NCBI GenBank assembly: GCA_052034935.1 | Contig: JBPOIB010000001.1 | Coordinates: 172,173 to 236,172 of the forward strand | Origin: Candidatus Moraniibacteriota bacterium | GTDB lineage: Bacteria > Patescibacteriota > Minisyncoccia > Moranbacterales > UBA1568 | Direction: 5' to 3' | Length of the DNA stretch: 64,000 bases | In this document: positions 28,549 to 37,224 of the stretch, one piece after another | Layout of the letters: each line of letters begins with the position of its first letter | Position numbering within the stretch: position 1 is the stretch's first letter | Translations under genes and position numbers: made by a program | Notes under the pieces: generated by a model | Seen by the model: only the letters and a program-made list of their open reading frames with translations | Database searches by the model: none | What the model was told of the DNA's origin: nothing

Positions 28549-29940
28549 TTAGTGGTGCTGCGGCTGCGGAAGCGCCTCGTTGTGGGCGCGCTCGAGCGAC
28601 TTGAAGCTGGTCGCGTTGTCTTCGAAGTAGAGCGAGATCTGGCCGACCGGGCCATTACGGTGCTTGGCGATAATGACATCGACGATGTTCTTGTTCGGGG
28701 TGTCGGGCCGGACGCGGTCTTCACGATAGAGGAACATGACGACGTCGGCATCCTGTTCGATGGAACCGGATTCCCGGAGGTCAGAGAGCTTCGGACGCTG
28801 ATCAGGACGGGATTCGATACCGCGAGAGAGCTGGGAGAGGGCAATGACCGGGATATTGAGCTCGCGGGCGAGCTGCTTGAGGCCGCGCGAGATTTCGGAA
28901 ATCTCCTGGACGCGGTTGTCGCTCTTGTTTGAGCGACCTTCCATCAGCTGGAGATAGTCGATGATGATGAGCCCGAGGTTGTGCTCGGCCTGGAGTCGAC
29001 GCGCCATAGTCCGCATCTCGAGGATATTCAAGCTGCCGGAATCATCAATGAAGATCGGTGCTTCGGACAAAACCCCCATGGCTTCCGAGATTTTTTCGAA
29101 ATCGTTGCCCGGACCCTCGCTGACGAGCTTGCCGGTCCGGATGCGCCAGAGGTCGACGCCGGCCTGAGCTGCGAGCATACGGTCGATGAGTTGGTCGGCA
29201 CCCATTTCGAGCGAGAAGATACCGACTGGAACCTTGGCGTAGACGCCGACCTGGCGGGCGATATCGAGTGCGAACGAAGTCTTTCCGATCGCCGGACGCG
29301 CCGCGAGGATGATGAGGTCGGATTTCTGGAGCCCGGCGAGCATGTTATCAAGGTCGGGGAAATGCGTCGGGACGCCGCGCATCGTCTGGTCGTTCTTGTG
29401 GAGCTCGTCGATGCGGTCGAATGCTGCTTCGAGGATAGTCTTGATCGGGATGAAATCCTGCTTGATGTATTTCTGGGAGATGGCGAAGAGCCGTTGTTCA
29501 GCTTCGTCGAGTACTTTCTGGACGTCTTCGGCATCGTCATACCCCATCTCGACGATTTCCGATGCGGCGCCGATGAGCCGGCGGAGGAGCGCTTTCTTCT
29601 GGACGACCTTGGCGTAGTGGACGATGTTCGAGGCCGAGGGGACGGAGTTCACGAGCGAAGCGAGATAGCCGGAGCCGCCGATCGCTTCGAGCGTTTTCTT
29701 TTCCTCGAGCCGGTTCGCGAGCGAGAGGACGTCGATCGGCTCGCGCTCCTCGTAGAGATCGAGCATCGCCTGATAGATGCGGTTGTGGTCGTCCTTATAG
29801 AAATCACCCACTTTGGCAATGTCTGCCACTTTGATGATGGCGTCCTTGTCGAGCATGAGCGAGCCCAAGACCGATTGTTCGGCCTCGATGTTATGCGGGG
29901 GGATGCGGACGTGGTCGGCTTTGGAACTGGATTGAGCCAT
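28549..29940 (-). CDS. dnaB: Replicative DNA helicase
   Basis: PPHNIEAEQSVLG, AARPAIGKT, DYLQLM, DLRESGSIEQDAD, KHRNGP. Confidence 0.98.
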   Translation of the reverse strand: MAQSSSKADHVRIPPHNIEAEQSVLGSLMLDKDAIIKVADIAKVGDFYKDDHNRIYQAMLDLYEEREPIDVLSLANRLEEKKTLEAIGGSGYLASLVNSVPSASNIVHYAKVVQKKALLRRLIGAASEIVEMGYDDAEDVQKVLDEAEQRLFAISQKYIKQDFIPIKTILEAAFDRIDELHKNDQTMRGVPTHFPDLDNMLAGLQKSDLIILAARPAIGKTSFALDIARQVGVYAKVPVGIFSLEMGADQLIDRMLAAQAGVDLWRIRTGKLVSEGPGNDFEKISEAMGVLSEAPIFIDDSGSLNILEMRTMARRLQAEHNLGLIIIDYLQLMEGRSNKSDNRVQEISEISRGLKQLARELNIPVIALSQLSRGIESRPDQRPKLSDLRESGSIEQDADVVMFLYREDRVRPDTPNKNIVDVIIAKHRNGPVGQISLYFEDNATSFKSLERAHNEALPQPQHH

Positions 29941-30104
29941 AGCGGTGGGACGAGAGAGTCAGGAGATCAGGACTTCATTCTACCGGGTATCGCGAGCGGG
30001 TTCAATGTAGACAGATTGTTCATATCTTTTCCCTGTCCTAACCCTTGACAAAATCATAAAACCGTTCTATTTTGCAGTCATCACTTTACCAACCGAGGTT
30101 TTGT

Positions 30105-30527
30105 ATGAATATGCCACAAGAGGGGTTCCTCCGTGGCATATTGCCTGGAGAACTTTCCCTACAGCCCATCGGGCCCGAGCGTCTCAGGGCGCGTATCGTG
30201 CTTTTTGAGTACGATCGGCGCGAAGTATCGCCGGAACCGATCAGCGAGCAGCTTCGCCAGTTTCGGCGAGAAAACCGACTCCCGCCCTTTGCTGGGTACA
30301 GCCAGCCGGTCGAGTTTCCCGATGCTCCGAAAGTCCAAGTGTTCGCTTGGACGGCCGAGAACATCCTTTTTCGCCCAGGGCACCAGCGGCCGCATCAGTT
30401 CATCTCCATGGACGACTACCGGCGTTGGGCTGCCTGCGAACCGCTCGGCAAGCCGAGAACGTTCTACACGAACTGCTACGACCGGGTCGGGAACCAGCTC
30501 CCTAGCACCTTCATCGTCGTCGCCTGA
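30105..30527 (+). CDS. Hypothetical protein (self-contained unit)
   Basis: TTGACA-17-TATTTT promoter, GAGG SD, ORF, ATCC-loop hairpin at 30527-30556. Confidence 0.55.
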   Translation: MNMPQEGFLRGILPGELSLQPIGPERLRARIVLFEYDRREVSPEPISEQLRQFRRENRLPPFAGYSQPVEFPDAPKVQVFAWTAENILFRPGHQRPHQFISMDDYRRWAACEPLGKPRTFYTNCYDRVGNQLPSTFIVVA

Positions 30528-30559
30528 CGGCCGCCGCTCATCCGAGTGTCGGCCGTTTC

Positions 30560-31972
30560 TTATTTCTTACGAACAACTTGTCCATTCGGACCGTCTTCGA
30601 CGATATAACCGAGTACCATAATCTCATCGCGCAGCGCATCGGAGCGGGTGAAGTCTTTATTCTCCCGAGCAGTTTTTCTTTCCTCGATAAGAATCTTTAC
30701 TGACTCTGGAAGCTCAATTGTCTCAAATCTTAATCCAAAAACAAACAATATATGCTCAAAAACCTTTTGGATACTTTCGGCATCAATTGGCTGGGTCTCA
30801 TCGAGAAGCCGATTCATTTTTTTAATAAAATCGAGAGTCACCGCGAGAGCACCGGGTGTATTCAAATCATCATGTAAAATATTTTCGAATCCTTCAAGTA
30901 GTTCTTTTCCACCCAGGGTTTTAAGCGTCCCCACTGAGTGTGGTTCTTCTAACCGCCGTATGGCCTGAAAAATAGCTTCTTTATTCTTTTTAGCCTGTTC
31001 TAGCGCCTCCCAGGTGAAATTCATCTGGCTCCTATAGTGCGCGCTGAGGAACAGCATGCGGAGGTCCATCGCCGAAAAGCCGCGTTCGAGAATGTCTTCG
31101 AGCCGGTAGAAATTACCTTTCGACTTTGACATTTTCTGCCCATCGACAAGGAGGTGGCGGCCATGGACCCAGTAGCGGGAAAATTTTTTCTCATTGCCGC
31201 ATTCGCTTTGTGCGATTTCCGCTTCGTGGTGAGGGAAGATATTGTCCTCGCCGCCGGTATGGATGTCGATGGTGGCGCCGAGTGTGGCCAAATTCATCGC
31301 ACTGCATTCGATATGCCAGCCGGGGTAGCCGACGCTCCAGGGCGAATCCCAATGCATCAGGTGTCCCTCTGGCGCTTTCAGCCAGAGCGCGAAGTCCCAG
31401 GGATTCTTCTTGTCCGGATGCTCTTCGAGACGAGCACCGACTTTGAGTTTGTCGAGCGTATTGCCGGAGAGTTTGCCATACTCCGTGAAGGTGGTGACAT
31501 CGAAAAAAACATTGCCGTTTACCGCGTAGGCGTGACCCTGCTTGATGAGACTCTCGATGAAAGTAATCATCTCGGCGATGTAATCAGTCGCCTTCGGCTG
31601 CTCATGCGGCGGCAGGATATTCAGCGCAGCCTCAGCCTGGCGGTAGTAGTCGGTATAGAAAGCGGCGATCTCTTCCGGAGCCTTGTGCTCCGCGGCGGCC
31701 TTTTTCGCGATCTTGTCTTCACCGCTGTCTCCCTGAGCGATGTCATCCGCGGTCAGATGACCGACGTTGGTGATGTTTTTCACGTGCTTGACCTCGAGTC
31801 CTGAAGCTTCAAGGACCCGTCGCAAGGTATCTGCCATCACATAGGAGCGCAGATTGCCGATATGGACGTAGTCGTAGACGGTCGGACCGCAGGTGTACAT
31901 CTTTACTGGGCCATCCTTCGGCGCTTCGAATGGCTGCTTTTCTTTGGCGAGGGTGTTGTAGAGGGAAAGCAT
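30560..31972 (-). CDS. cysS: Cysteine--tRNA ligase
   Basis: YTCGPTVY, HIGN, GYPGWHIECSAM, FPHHEAE, KMSKS. Confidence 0.97.
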   Translation of the reverse strand: MLSLYNTLAKEKQPFEAPKDGPVKMYTCGPTVYDYVHIGNLRSYVMADTLRRVLEASGLEVKHVKNITNVGHLTADDIAQGDSGEDKIAKKAAAEHKAPEEIAAFYTDYYRQAEAALNILPPHEQPKATDYIAEMITFIESLIKQGHAYAVNGNVFFDVTTFTEYGKLSGNTLDKLKVGARLEEHPDKKNPWDFALWLKAPEGHLMHWDSPWSVGYPGWHIECSAMNLATLGATIDIHTGGEDNIFPHHEAEIAQSECGNEKKFSRYWVHGRHLLVDGQKMSKSKGNFYRLEDILERGFSAMDLRMLFLSAHYRSQMNFTWEALEQAKKNKEAIFQAIRRLEEPHSVGTLKTLGGKELLEGFENILHDDLNTPGALAVTLDFIKKMNRLLDETQPIDAESIQKVFEHILFVFGLRFETIELPESVKILIEERKTARENKDFTRSDALRDEIMVLGYIVEDGPNGQVVRKK

Positions 31973-32062
31973 AGGCGTATGACTTCTAGGGTACAGGGAG
32001 GAAGAAACAAAAACAAGGCGTTCAAGCCCTGTTATCACATCCTTTTCACGACTTTTCTTTGC

Positions 32063-32974
32063 CTAGATCCAACGCCTCATCCGAAAGACGACGATGGTGA
32101 GGGCAGAGAGGAAGACCATCATGGCGAAATGGATCCAAAAGCCGCCTGCTGCTCCCTCAAAGGGAAGGTGAGTTGTATTCATCGACATCGCGTTCGAGTA
32201 GACCGTCAGTGGGAGGATGACCGCCGAAAAAATCGTGAGGACTTTCATCGTCTGCTCGAGCTTATTCGAGAGAAGCGAGTTATTGGTCGCTTCGAGCGCC
32301 TCGATCGTCTCTTTGTTGCTCTCGAGCATGTTCCAGAGTCGGACATTGGTGCCAATCAGATCTTGGAAATAGGCAGTAAGGTCGGGCGGGATGAATGGAT
32401 GCTTGGTCGCGAGTAGGCTCTCGATGAGCGACCGCTGTGGTTTGAGCGTGCGGCGGAAATTGAGGATGTCTCGTTTCACGAGGGAAATCTCGAAGACCAT
32501 TTCTTTCTCGTGGCCAGCGAAGACTTCGGTCTCGATCCGATCGATTTTTTCCGAAATGTGGTAGAGCTTGGGGAAGCAAGAGTTGAGGAGAAGCTCGAGG
32601 AGGTGGTAGACGAGATGGGTCGGGGAGTCCTCGAGGTGAAGTCGCCGCTTTCCTTCACTCGCTTCCAGTTCGGCGAAGAATTTCCCAATCTGGTAGATGG
32701 GAAAGCGGTGCGCTGTGATGAGGTGGTCCTTGGTGAGGATAATGTCGAGTTCCCCGGCGTAGGTGGTGCGCTCCTTCACATCGAAGAGCGGGATGTGGAT
32801 GGAGAAAAACAAACACTGGTCATAGCGCAAGACCCGCGGCTGATACGTCGGTGTAATCAGCTCTTCGAGGACGAGGGGGTGGATGTCAAAATTCTCGTGG
32901 AGGTACAGGATGTCGTCCTTGGTCGGCGACTCGAAATCGATCCACGTGACATTCTTATGGGTGAGCGTGTGCAT
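32063..32974 (-). CDS. corA: CorA family Mg2+/Co2+ transporter
   Basis: [28 protein letters not shown], two C-terminal TMs. Confidence 0.88.
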   Translation of the reverse strand: MHTLTHKNVTWIDFESPTKDDILYLHENFDIHPLVLEELITPTYQPRVLRYDQCLFFSIHIPLFDVKERTTYAGELDIILTKDHLITAHRFPIYQIGKFFAELEASEGKRRLHLEDSPTHLVYHLLELLLNSCFPKLYHISEKIDRIETEVFAGHEKEMVFEISLVKRDILNFRRTLKPQRSLIESLLATKHPFIPPDLTAYFQDLIGTNVRLWNMLESNKETIEALEATNNSLLSNKLEQTMKVLTIFSAVILPLTVYSNAMSMNTTHLPFEGAAGGFWIHFAMMVFLSALTIVVFRMRRWI

Positions 32975-33052
32975 GTTTCTGTTGGTGTTTTTTCCAGTAT
33001 AGCAGGCGTTTTCACCTTGACAAAGGCATTTGGTCGGGGTTATGCTCATCCC

Positions 33053-33316
33053 ATGCTCAAAACGGTTTTTTTGAAGCTGATTCGGCTCTATCAGGCGACT
33101 TTTTCCCTGAATCACGGCCTCCTGGGGCTCATCATCGCCGAACGGTACTGCCGTTTTCATCCGACCTGCTCAGAGTACGCCTACGAAGCGATTTCCCGCT
33201 TTGGTGTATTCCGAGGAGGGTGGATGGGGTGCAAACGCATCCTACGCTGCCAGCCATGGTCCGAAGGCGGGTATGACCCAGTCATGCCACCGAAGGAAAA
33301 GCAAACTGAACGTTAA
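33053..33316 (+). CDS. yidD: Membrane protein insertion efficiency factor
   Basis: [19 protein letters not shown]...[16 protein letters not shown]. Confidence 0.93.
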   Translation: MLKTVFLKLIRLYQATFSLNHGLLGLIIAERYCRFHPTCSEYAYEAISRFGVFRGGWMGCKRILRCQPWSEGGYDPVMPPKEKQTER

Positions 33317-33337
33317 CAAGTGAATCGGAGAACAAAC

Positions 33338-33625
33338 TTGCAGATCGTACAAGTCGAACGTCTCGCCCACGTCCGTGGCCGCCTCATCGGCGACCGCATC
33401 GAGGGCCGCAGTGTGCTCGAACCGGAACTGATCCGGCAAAAGGGCAGTTCCACAACGGCAGTTCCTGCCGCGAATGATGCCGGCAAGACGGCAGTCCGTT
33501 GCCGCCAGATCATCCGTGGCGGCCGGCCGAAGACCGTTCCGCTCACCCGGGCGAAGACCAAGTTCCAGTCCCACGAGCGCAAGTGCCAGTGCTGCAATCA
33601 TCGCCTGGCCTGCGCGACCGCATGA
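33338..33625 (+). CDS. Small basic protein with C-x27-CxxC-x5-C motif
   Basis: GGAG SD + TTG 33338; ends CQCCNHRLAC; paralogous to next ORF. Confidence 0.6.
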   Translation: MQIVQVERLAHVRGRLIGDRIEGRSVLEPELIRQKGSSTTAVPAANDAGKTAVRCRQIIRGGRPKTVPLTRAKTKFQSHERKCQCCNHRLACATA

Positions 33626-33663
33626 CGTGAAGTCCAACCACTCAACGTTTCAAGGAGAACTCT

Positions 33664-33867
33664 ATGCTGTTCCAGAGGTCTGCGTTGGCGCCGGATGACC
33701 CGAAGCGTCGTCATGAGCCGGTGGTGATCTGCCAGGGCTACACGACGGAGGGCAATCAGCCTCAGCGCGTGCCCCTCTCCACGGCCCATGTGCGGGCCAT
33801 GCGATGTCCGGAGCGCTGCGTCGGCTGCCTGAGCCAGGGGCAGTGCAACCCGCCGCTTCGCCACTGA
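33664..33867 (+). CDS. Small protein with C-x28-CxxC-x5-C motif
   Basis: AAGGAG SD; ends CVGCLSQGQC. Confidence 0.65.
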   Translation: MLFQRSALAPDDPKRRHEPVVICQGYTTEGNQPQRVPLSTAHVRAMRCPERCVGCLSQGQCNPPLRH

Positions 33868-33957
33868 CGTTTCGCCACCCAGGCGCCGTAAGTCGTCTTT
33901 CAACCACGAGGGGATAGCCAACGCGCTGTCCCCTCGAATCATATCCAGGAGAAAGCC

Positions 33958-34269
33958 ATGCTTGGATTGCGCATTGAAGCAGCCCTGGTGTTCGAAGTGA
34001 TTGCCCTTATCGAATATCGTTCAGATTTCCCGCCCAACCCCGTCCTCCACACGTCCAATCTACATACATCGCCGCAACTGCTGCTTGGGAATCCGTTCGA
34101 GGATTCACTCTTCGAATCAGCTGATGTGGCGGCTGATGTCCAGCGCTTTCGGCTCGGCCGCATCCGCTTGCCACTCGTTCCCGAGAGGCGCTACGGTCCG
34201 CCGTCCTATCGGCGCTGGCCTTCCGCATCAACCAATCGTCGCGAGCGAGGGAACCGTTGCCAGCGCTGA
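33958..34269 (+). CDS. Hypothetical protein, Arg-rich C-terminus
   Basis: AGGAG SD, ATG; no recognised domain. Confidence 0.45.
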   Translation: MLGLRIEAALVFEVIALIEYRSDFPPNPVLHTSNLHTSPQLLLGNPFEDSLFESADVAADVQRFRLGRIRLPLVPERRYGPPSYRRWPSASTNRRERGNRCQR

Positions 34270-34389
34270 GCATCGCCCCTGTACGTCGCATTCCGTTTGC
34301 GCTAGGATAGGGCTGTTTCAGAAGTCCTGCTCATTCCCAAAACAAGATTTTCTCGGAGACATATCACCCCGCAACTACCGGAGTCATCC

Positions 34390-34698
34390 ATGAATGCCGA
34401 ACTTTCGGTGTCCACCCATCCCATCTTCCCAGGCACCCGCGTACCTTGTCCCTCAGCAGGGAATCACCTCCTGCTCAGTGCTGCCGCCCTGCGCGAGCGC
34501 TCGGCCGCCTGTGTTACCTGCGGCGTTCGGGGACCGTGCCGGACGCTGTATGCGCCCGAAGCTGCCGCTCCCGACTCGTGCTGGATCGCCATGGCAGTGA
34601 CGCGTGACCAGTCCAGGTGTGCTGACTGCTCCGTCCGCGAACCGTGCCATGACCTCGTCGCCGAGCTTGCGGCTATCGCCCGCCGCGCGGGGCATTGA
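34390..34698 (+). CDS. Small protein with two CxxC-x5-C motifs
   Basis: GGAG SD; CVTCGVRGPC and CADCSVREPC; terminator at 34726-34757. Confidence 0.65.
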   Translation: MNAELSVSTHPIFPGTRVPCPSAGNHLLLSAAALRERSAACVTCGVRGPCRTLYAPEAAAPDSCWIAMAVTRDQSRCADCSVREPCHDLVAELAAIARRAGH

Positions 34699-34773
34699 AC
34701 CCCGGTGCGAAAGAAACTCGCGTCCGCCCAAAGGAACGCTTTCCTGAGGGCTTTTTTCATACCCAAATTAGAG

Positions 34774-34800
34774 TTAGCACTCACACTTGACGAGTGCTAA
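34774..34800 (+). promoter_or_regulatory. CIRCE operator overlapping sigma70 promoter
   Basis: Perfect TTAGCACTC-N9-GAGTGCTAA; TTGACG (34787)-17-TATACT (34810). Confidence 0.97.
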
Positions 34801-34840
34801 AACTGGATTTATACTGGAGACACAGAACGGTGAAATCGTT

Positions 34841-35596
34841 ATGAACATGAATGAACGACAACGCGAAGTGCTCTCGGCTGTGGTCGAGCTGTACACGAAA
34901 ACGGCGCTCCCGGTCGGCTCCGAAGCCCTGCTCGAACGGCATCATTTTCCGGTGAGCTCGGCGACACTCAGGAACGACATGCTCGCCCTCGAGGAAATGG
35001 GCTATCTCTATCAGCCCCATACTTCCGCGGGGCGCATCCCAACTGATGCCGGCTACCGTTTCTATGTCGAGGAGATGATGGGCGACAAGCCGCTCTCGAA
35101 GAAAGACCAGCTTCACCTTCAAGAAGAGTTTTTGAAGCTCCAAGCGAAGCATAACCGCACCGTCCGCACCACCGCCCGTCTTCTCTCGGCCCTCTCGGGC
35201 AATCTGGGGGTTTCGGGAATGGTCGGCAAAGATGAAATCTATGATTTCGGGATGAAGTCCCTCATGGAGAGCCCGGAATTCCGCGAAATGGATGATCTCT
35301 GTCGGCTTGTTGAGACCCTCGATACGCTCGATGAGAAGATTGATGTCCTCGTCGCTGGACTGAAAGATGGTGAGACACGCATCTTCATCGGCGAAGAGAA
35401 TCCGGTCCGCGGTATCGAGAACTGTGCGATGGTGGTGTCACCCTACCGCGATGAGAATGGGGATCGCGGCATGCTCGCCATCATCGGTCCGAAGCGGATG
35501 GAATACGCCAAGAACAAGTCGCTCATCGAATCGATGCGCCGCCTCCTCGGATCGTCCCTCGTCATCGTGATCGTCACTCAGGCACCGTTATGGTAA
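34841..35596 (+). CDS. hrcA: Heat-inducible transcription repressor HrcA (short form)
   Basis: PVGSEAL, SSATLRNDM, QPHTSAGRIPTDAGYRFYV, IIGPKRMEY; directly after CIRCE. Confidence 0.95.
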   Translation: MNMNERQREVLSAVVELYTKTALPVGSEALLERHHFPVSSATLRNDMLALEEMGYLYQPHTSAGRIPTDAGYRFYVEEMMGDKPLSKKDQLHLQEEFLKLQAKHNRTVRTTARLLSALSGNLGVSGMVGKDEIYDFGMKSLMESPEFREMDDLCRLVETLDTLDEKIDVLVAGLKDGETRIFIGEENPVRGIENCAMVVSPYRDENGDRGMLAIIGPKRMEYAKNKSLIESMRRLLGSSLVIVIVTQAPLW

Positions 35597-35598
35597 CG

Positions 35599-35727
35599 AT
35601 GGCATCAGAGCCGGAACAGGAAGCCGGTGAGCCGGAAGAAACCATTGATGATAGCCGGCCGCTCACCGAAGAAGAACGTCAGAAACTCTTCGAAGCCGCC
35701 AAAAGCGCCATGACCCGAACCTCATAA
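35599..35727 (+). CDS. 42-aa acidic small ORF in heat-shock operon (not in ORF track)
   Basis: MASEPEQEAGEPEETIDDSRPLTEEERQKLFEAAKSAMTRTS*; fills the hrcA-grpE gap. Confidence 0.45.
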   Translation: MASEPEQEAGEPEETIDDSRPLTEEERQKLFEAAKSAMTRTS

Positions 35728-35738
35728 TAAAAAACCCT

Positions 35739-36653
35739 ATGACCCAAGAAAAACAATCGAGCCTGGTCAAGTACGAGCAGTTCCAGCTTAGCCAGAAGGC
35801 GGTAATCTATTCGAAGACGACGAAGAAGTTCCTTCTCTTGAAGGATGCTGAGCCGGAGTCCGAATACGTCGCGAAGTATGGTCTCTGGGACTTGCCGGGC
35901 GGGCGGCTCGAGAAGGGCGAAGCGCTGCCATCCTCCTTCGAGCGTGAGCTTCGCGAGGAGATTGGTGATTTAAAATACGAGCTTCGCGATATCGTGTACG
36001 CCACGACAGTCTCAATTCCCTTGGACGATCCAGAGAGCCCGAACCGCGTTCGCCTCATCTCTCTCGCGACGACCGAAGACGATACCGTCACGCTTTCCGA
36101 CGAGCACACCGAAGCCGCCTGGAAGACGTTCGAAGAAATCGACGCGGATGCCGATTGCGGCGAGTGGCTGAAGCGAGCGGTCACGGCAGCACTGACGACG
36201 CTTCGGGCAGAGGAGGGTGCCAATGACACCCTTCGCATCCTCGCTGACTTCGAGAACTACAAGAAGCGAGTGAAGAACGATGAACGCGAGCTCTACGGTC
36301 ACCTGACGGCCCAAATCGTCAATGAGCTCATCCCAGTCCTCGACAATTTCCACGCCGCGACGGGTCATGTCCCGGCCGATGCGGCGGGCAGCCCCTGGGT
36401 CACCGGCATCACCTATATCGAGAAGCAGTTCGAGGATGTACTCGCCAATTACGGGGTAACGCCGCTCGACGTCAAACCCGGCGATGCCTTCGACCCGACT
36501 CGCCACGAAGCCCTCGATCACAAGGCCGCAGCAATGAAAGAAGGAGAGCTGGAGGGGGAGAAAAAACTCGTTATCGAGAAAGTCGTCCAGAAAGGCTATC
36601 TCATCAAAGACAAGCTCGTCCGCCCCGCCAAAGTGATCGTGACCGAAGCTTAA
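35739..36653 (+). CDS. grpE: Nudix hydrolase-GrpE fusion
   Basis: WDLPGGRLEKGE...ERELREEIG Nudix box then ADFENYKKR...FDPTRHEA...QKGY...VRPAKV GrpE. Confidence 0.9.
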   Translation: MTQEKQSSLVKYEQFQLSQKAVIYSKTTKKFLLLKDAEPESEYVAKYGLWDLPGGRLEKGEALPSSFERELREEIGDLKYELRDIVYATTVSIPLDDPESPNRVRLISLATTEDDTVTLSDEHTEAAWKTFEEIDADADCGEWLKRAVTAALTTLRAEEGANDTLRILADFENYKKRVKNDERELYGHLTAQIVNELIPVLDNFHAATGHVPADAAGSPWVTGITYIEKQFEDVLANYGVTPLDVKPGDAFDPTRHEALDHKAAAMKEGELEGEKKLVIEKVVQKGYLIKDKLVRPAKVIVTEA

Positions 36654-36706
36654 AAACGTGTATGTACCAGATCCGAATCCAAAACCAGAAAGGAGGTGAG
36701 AACCAT

Positions 36707-37120
36707 ATGACACGCCATCTTATTCCGTTCCCGACGAATGATCTCAGTCGTTTCTTCGACCCTGAGCTCTTCGCTTCGGGCGAATTCTTCCCGGCACTCG
36801 ACATCTATCAGGACAAGGATAATGTCGTCGCTGAGCTCGCGCTCCCGGGTATCGATCCGGCCAAGGTCGACATCACCATCGAAAATGATGTCCTGACCGT
36901 CTCCGGGTCCACCGAGAGCAAGGAGGAAGTGAAGCGCGAGGACTACTACCGCAAGGAGGTCCGCACCGGCAGCTTCTCCCGCTCCGTCGTCCTCCCGATG
37001 GCCGTGAAGGGGAATGACACCCAAGCCGAGTATGACAAGGGTGTTCTCACCATCACGATGCCGAAGGAGGAATCCGTGAAGCCGAAGAAGATCGCCGTCC
37101 AGATTAAGGACGCGAAGTAA
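36707..37120 (+). CDS. Hsp20/alpha-crystallin small heat shock protein
   Basis: ELALPGID, GSFSRSVVLP, AEYDKGVLTITMPK; strong SD AAAGGAGGTG. Confidence 0.95.
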   Translation: MTRHLIPFPTNDLSRFFDPELFASGEFFPALDIYQDKDNVVAELALPGIDPAKVDITIENDVLTVSGSTESKEEVKREDYYRKEVRTGSFSRSVVLPMAVKGNDTQAEYDKGVLTITMPKEESVKPKKIAVQIKDAK

Positions 37121-37224
37121 CCGGGCTCCGCGCTCGGCCGCCTCAGAAGTCTGGGGCGGCTCATGAGCGGAGTTCGCTCGAGACAAAACGTTCCATTCGT
37201 AATTAATGTAAGTTGAATAATCGT

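Noticed and set aside
28552-30048. Long antisense ORFs over dnaB (similarly over dnaK, glgC, pyrF, corA)
   Set aside because: Shadow frames produced by GC3-rich codon usage of the real genes
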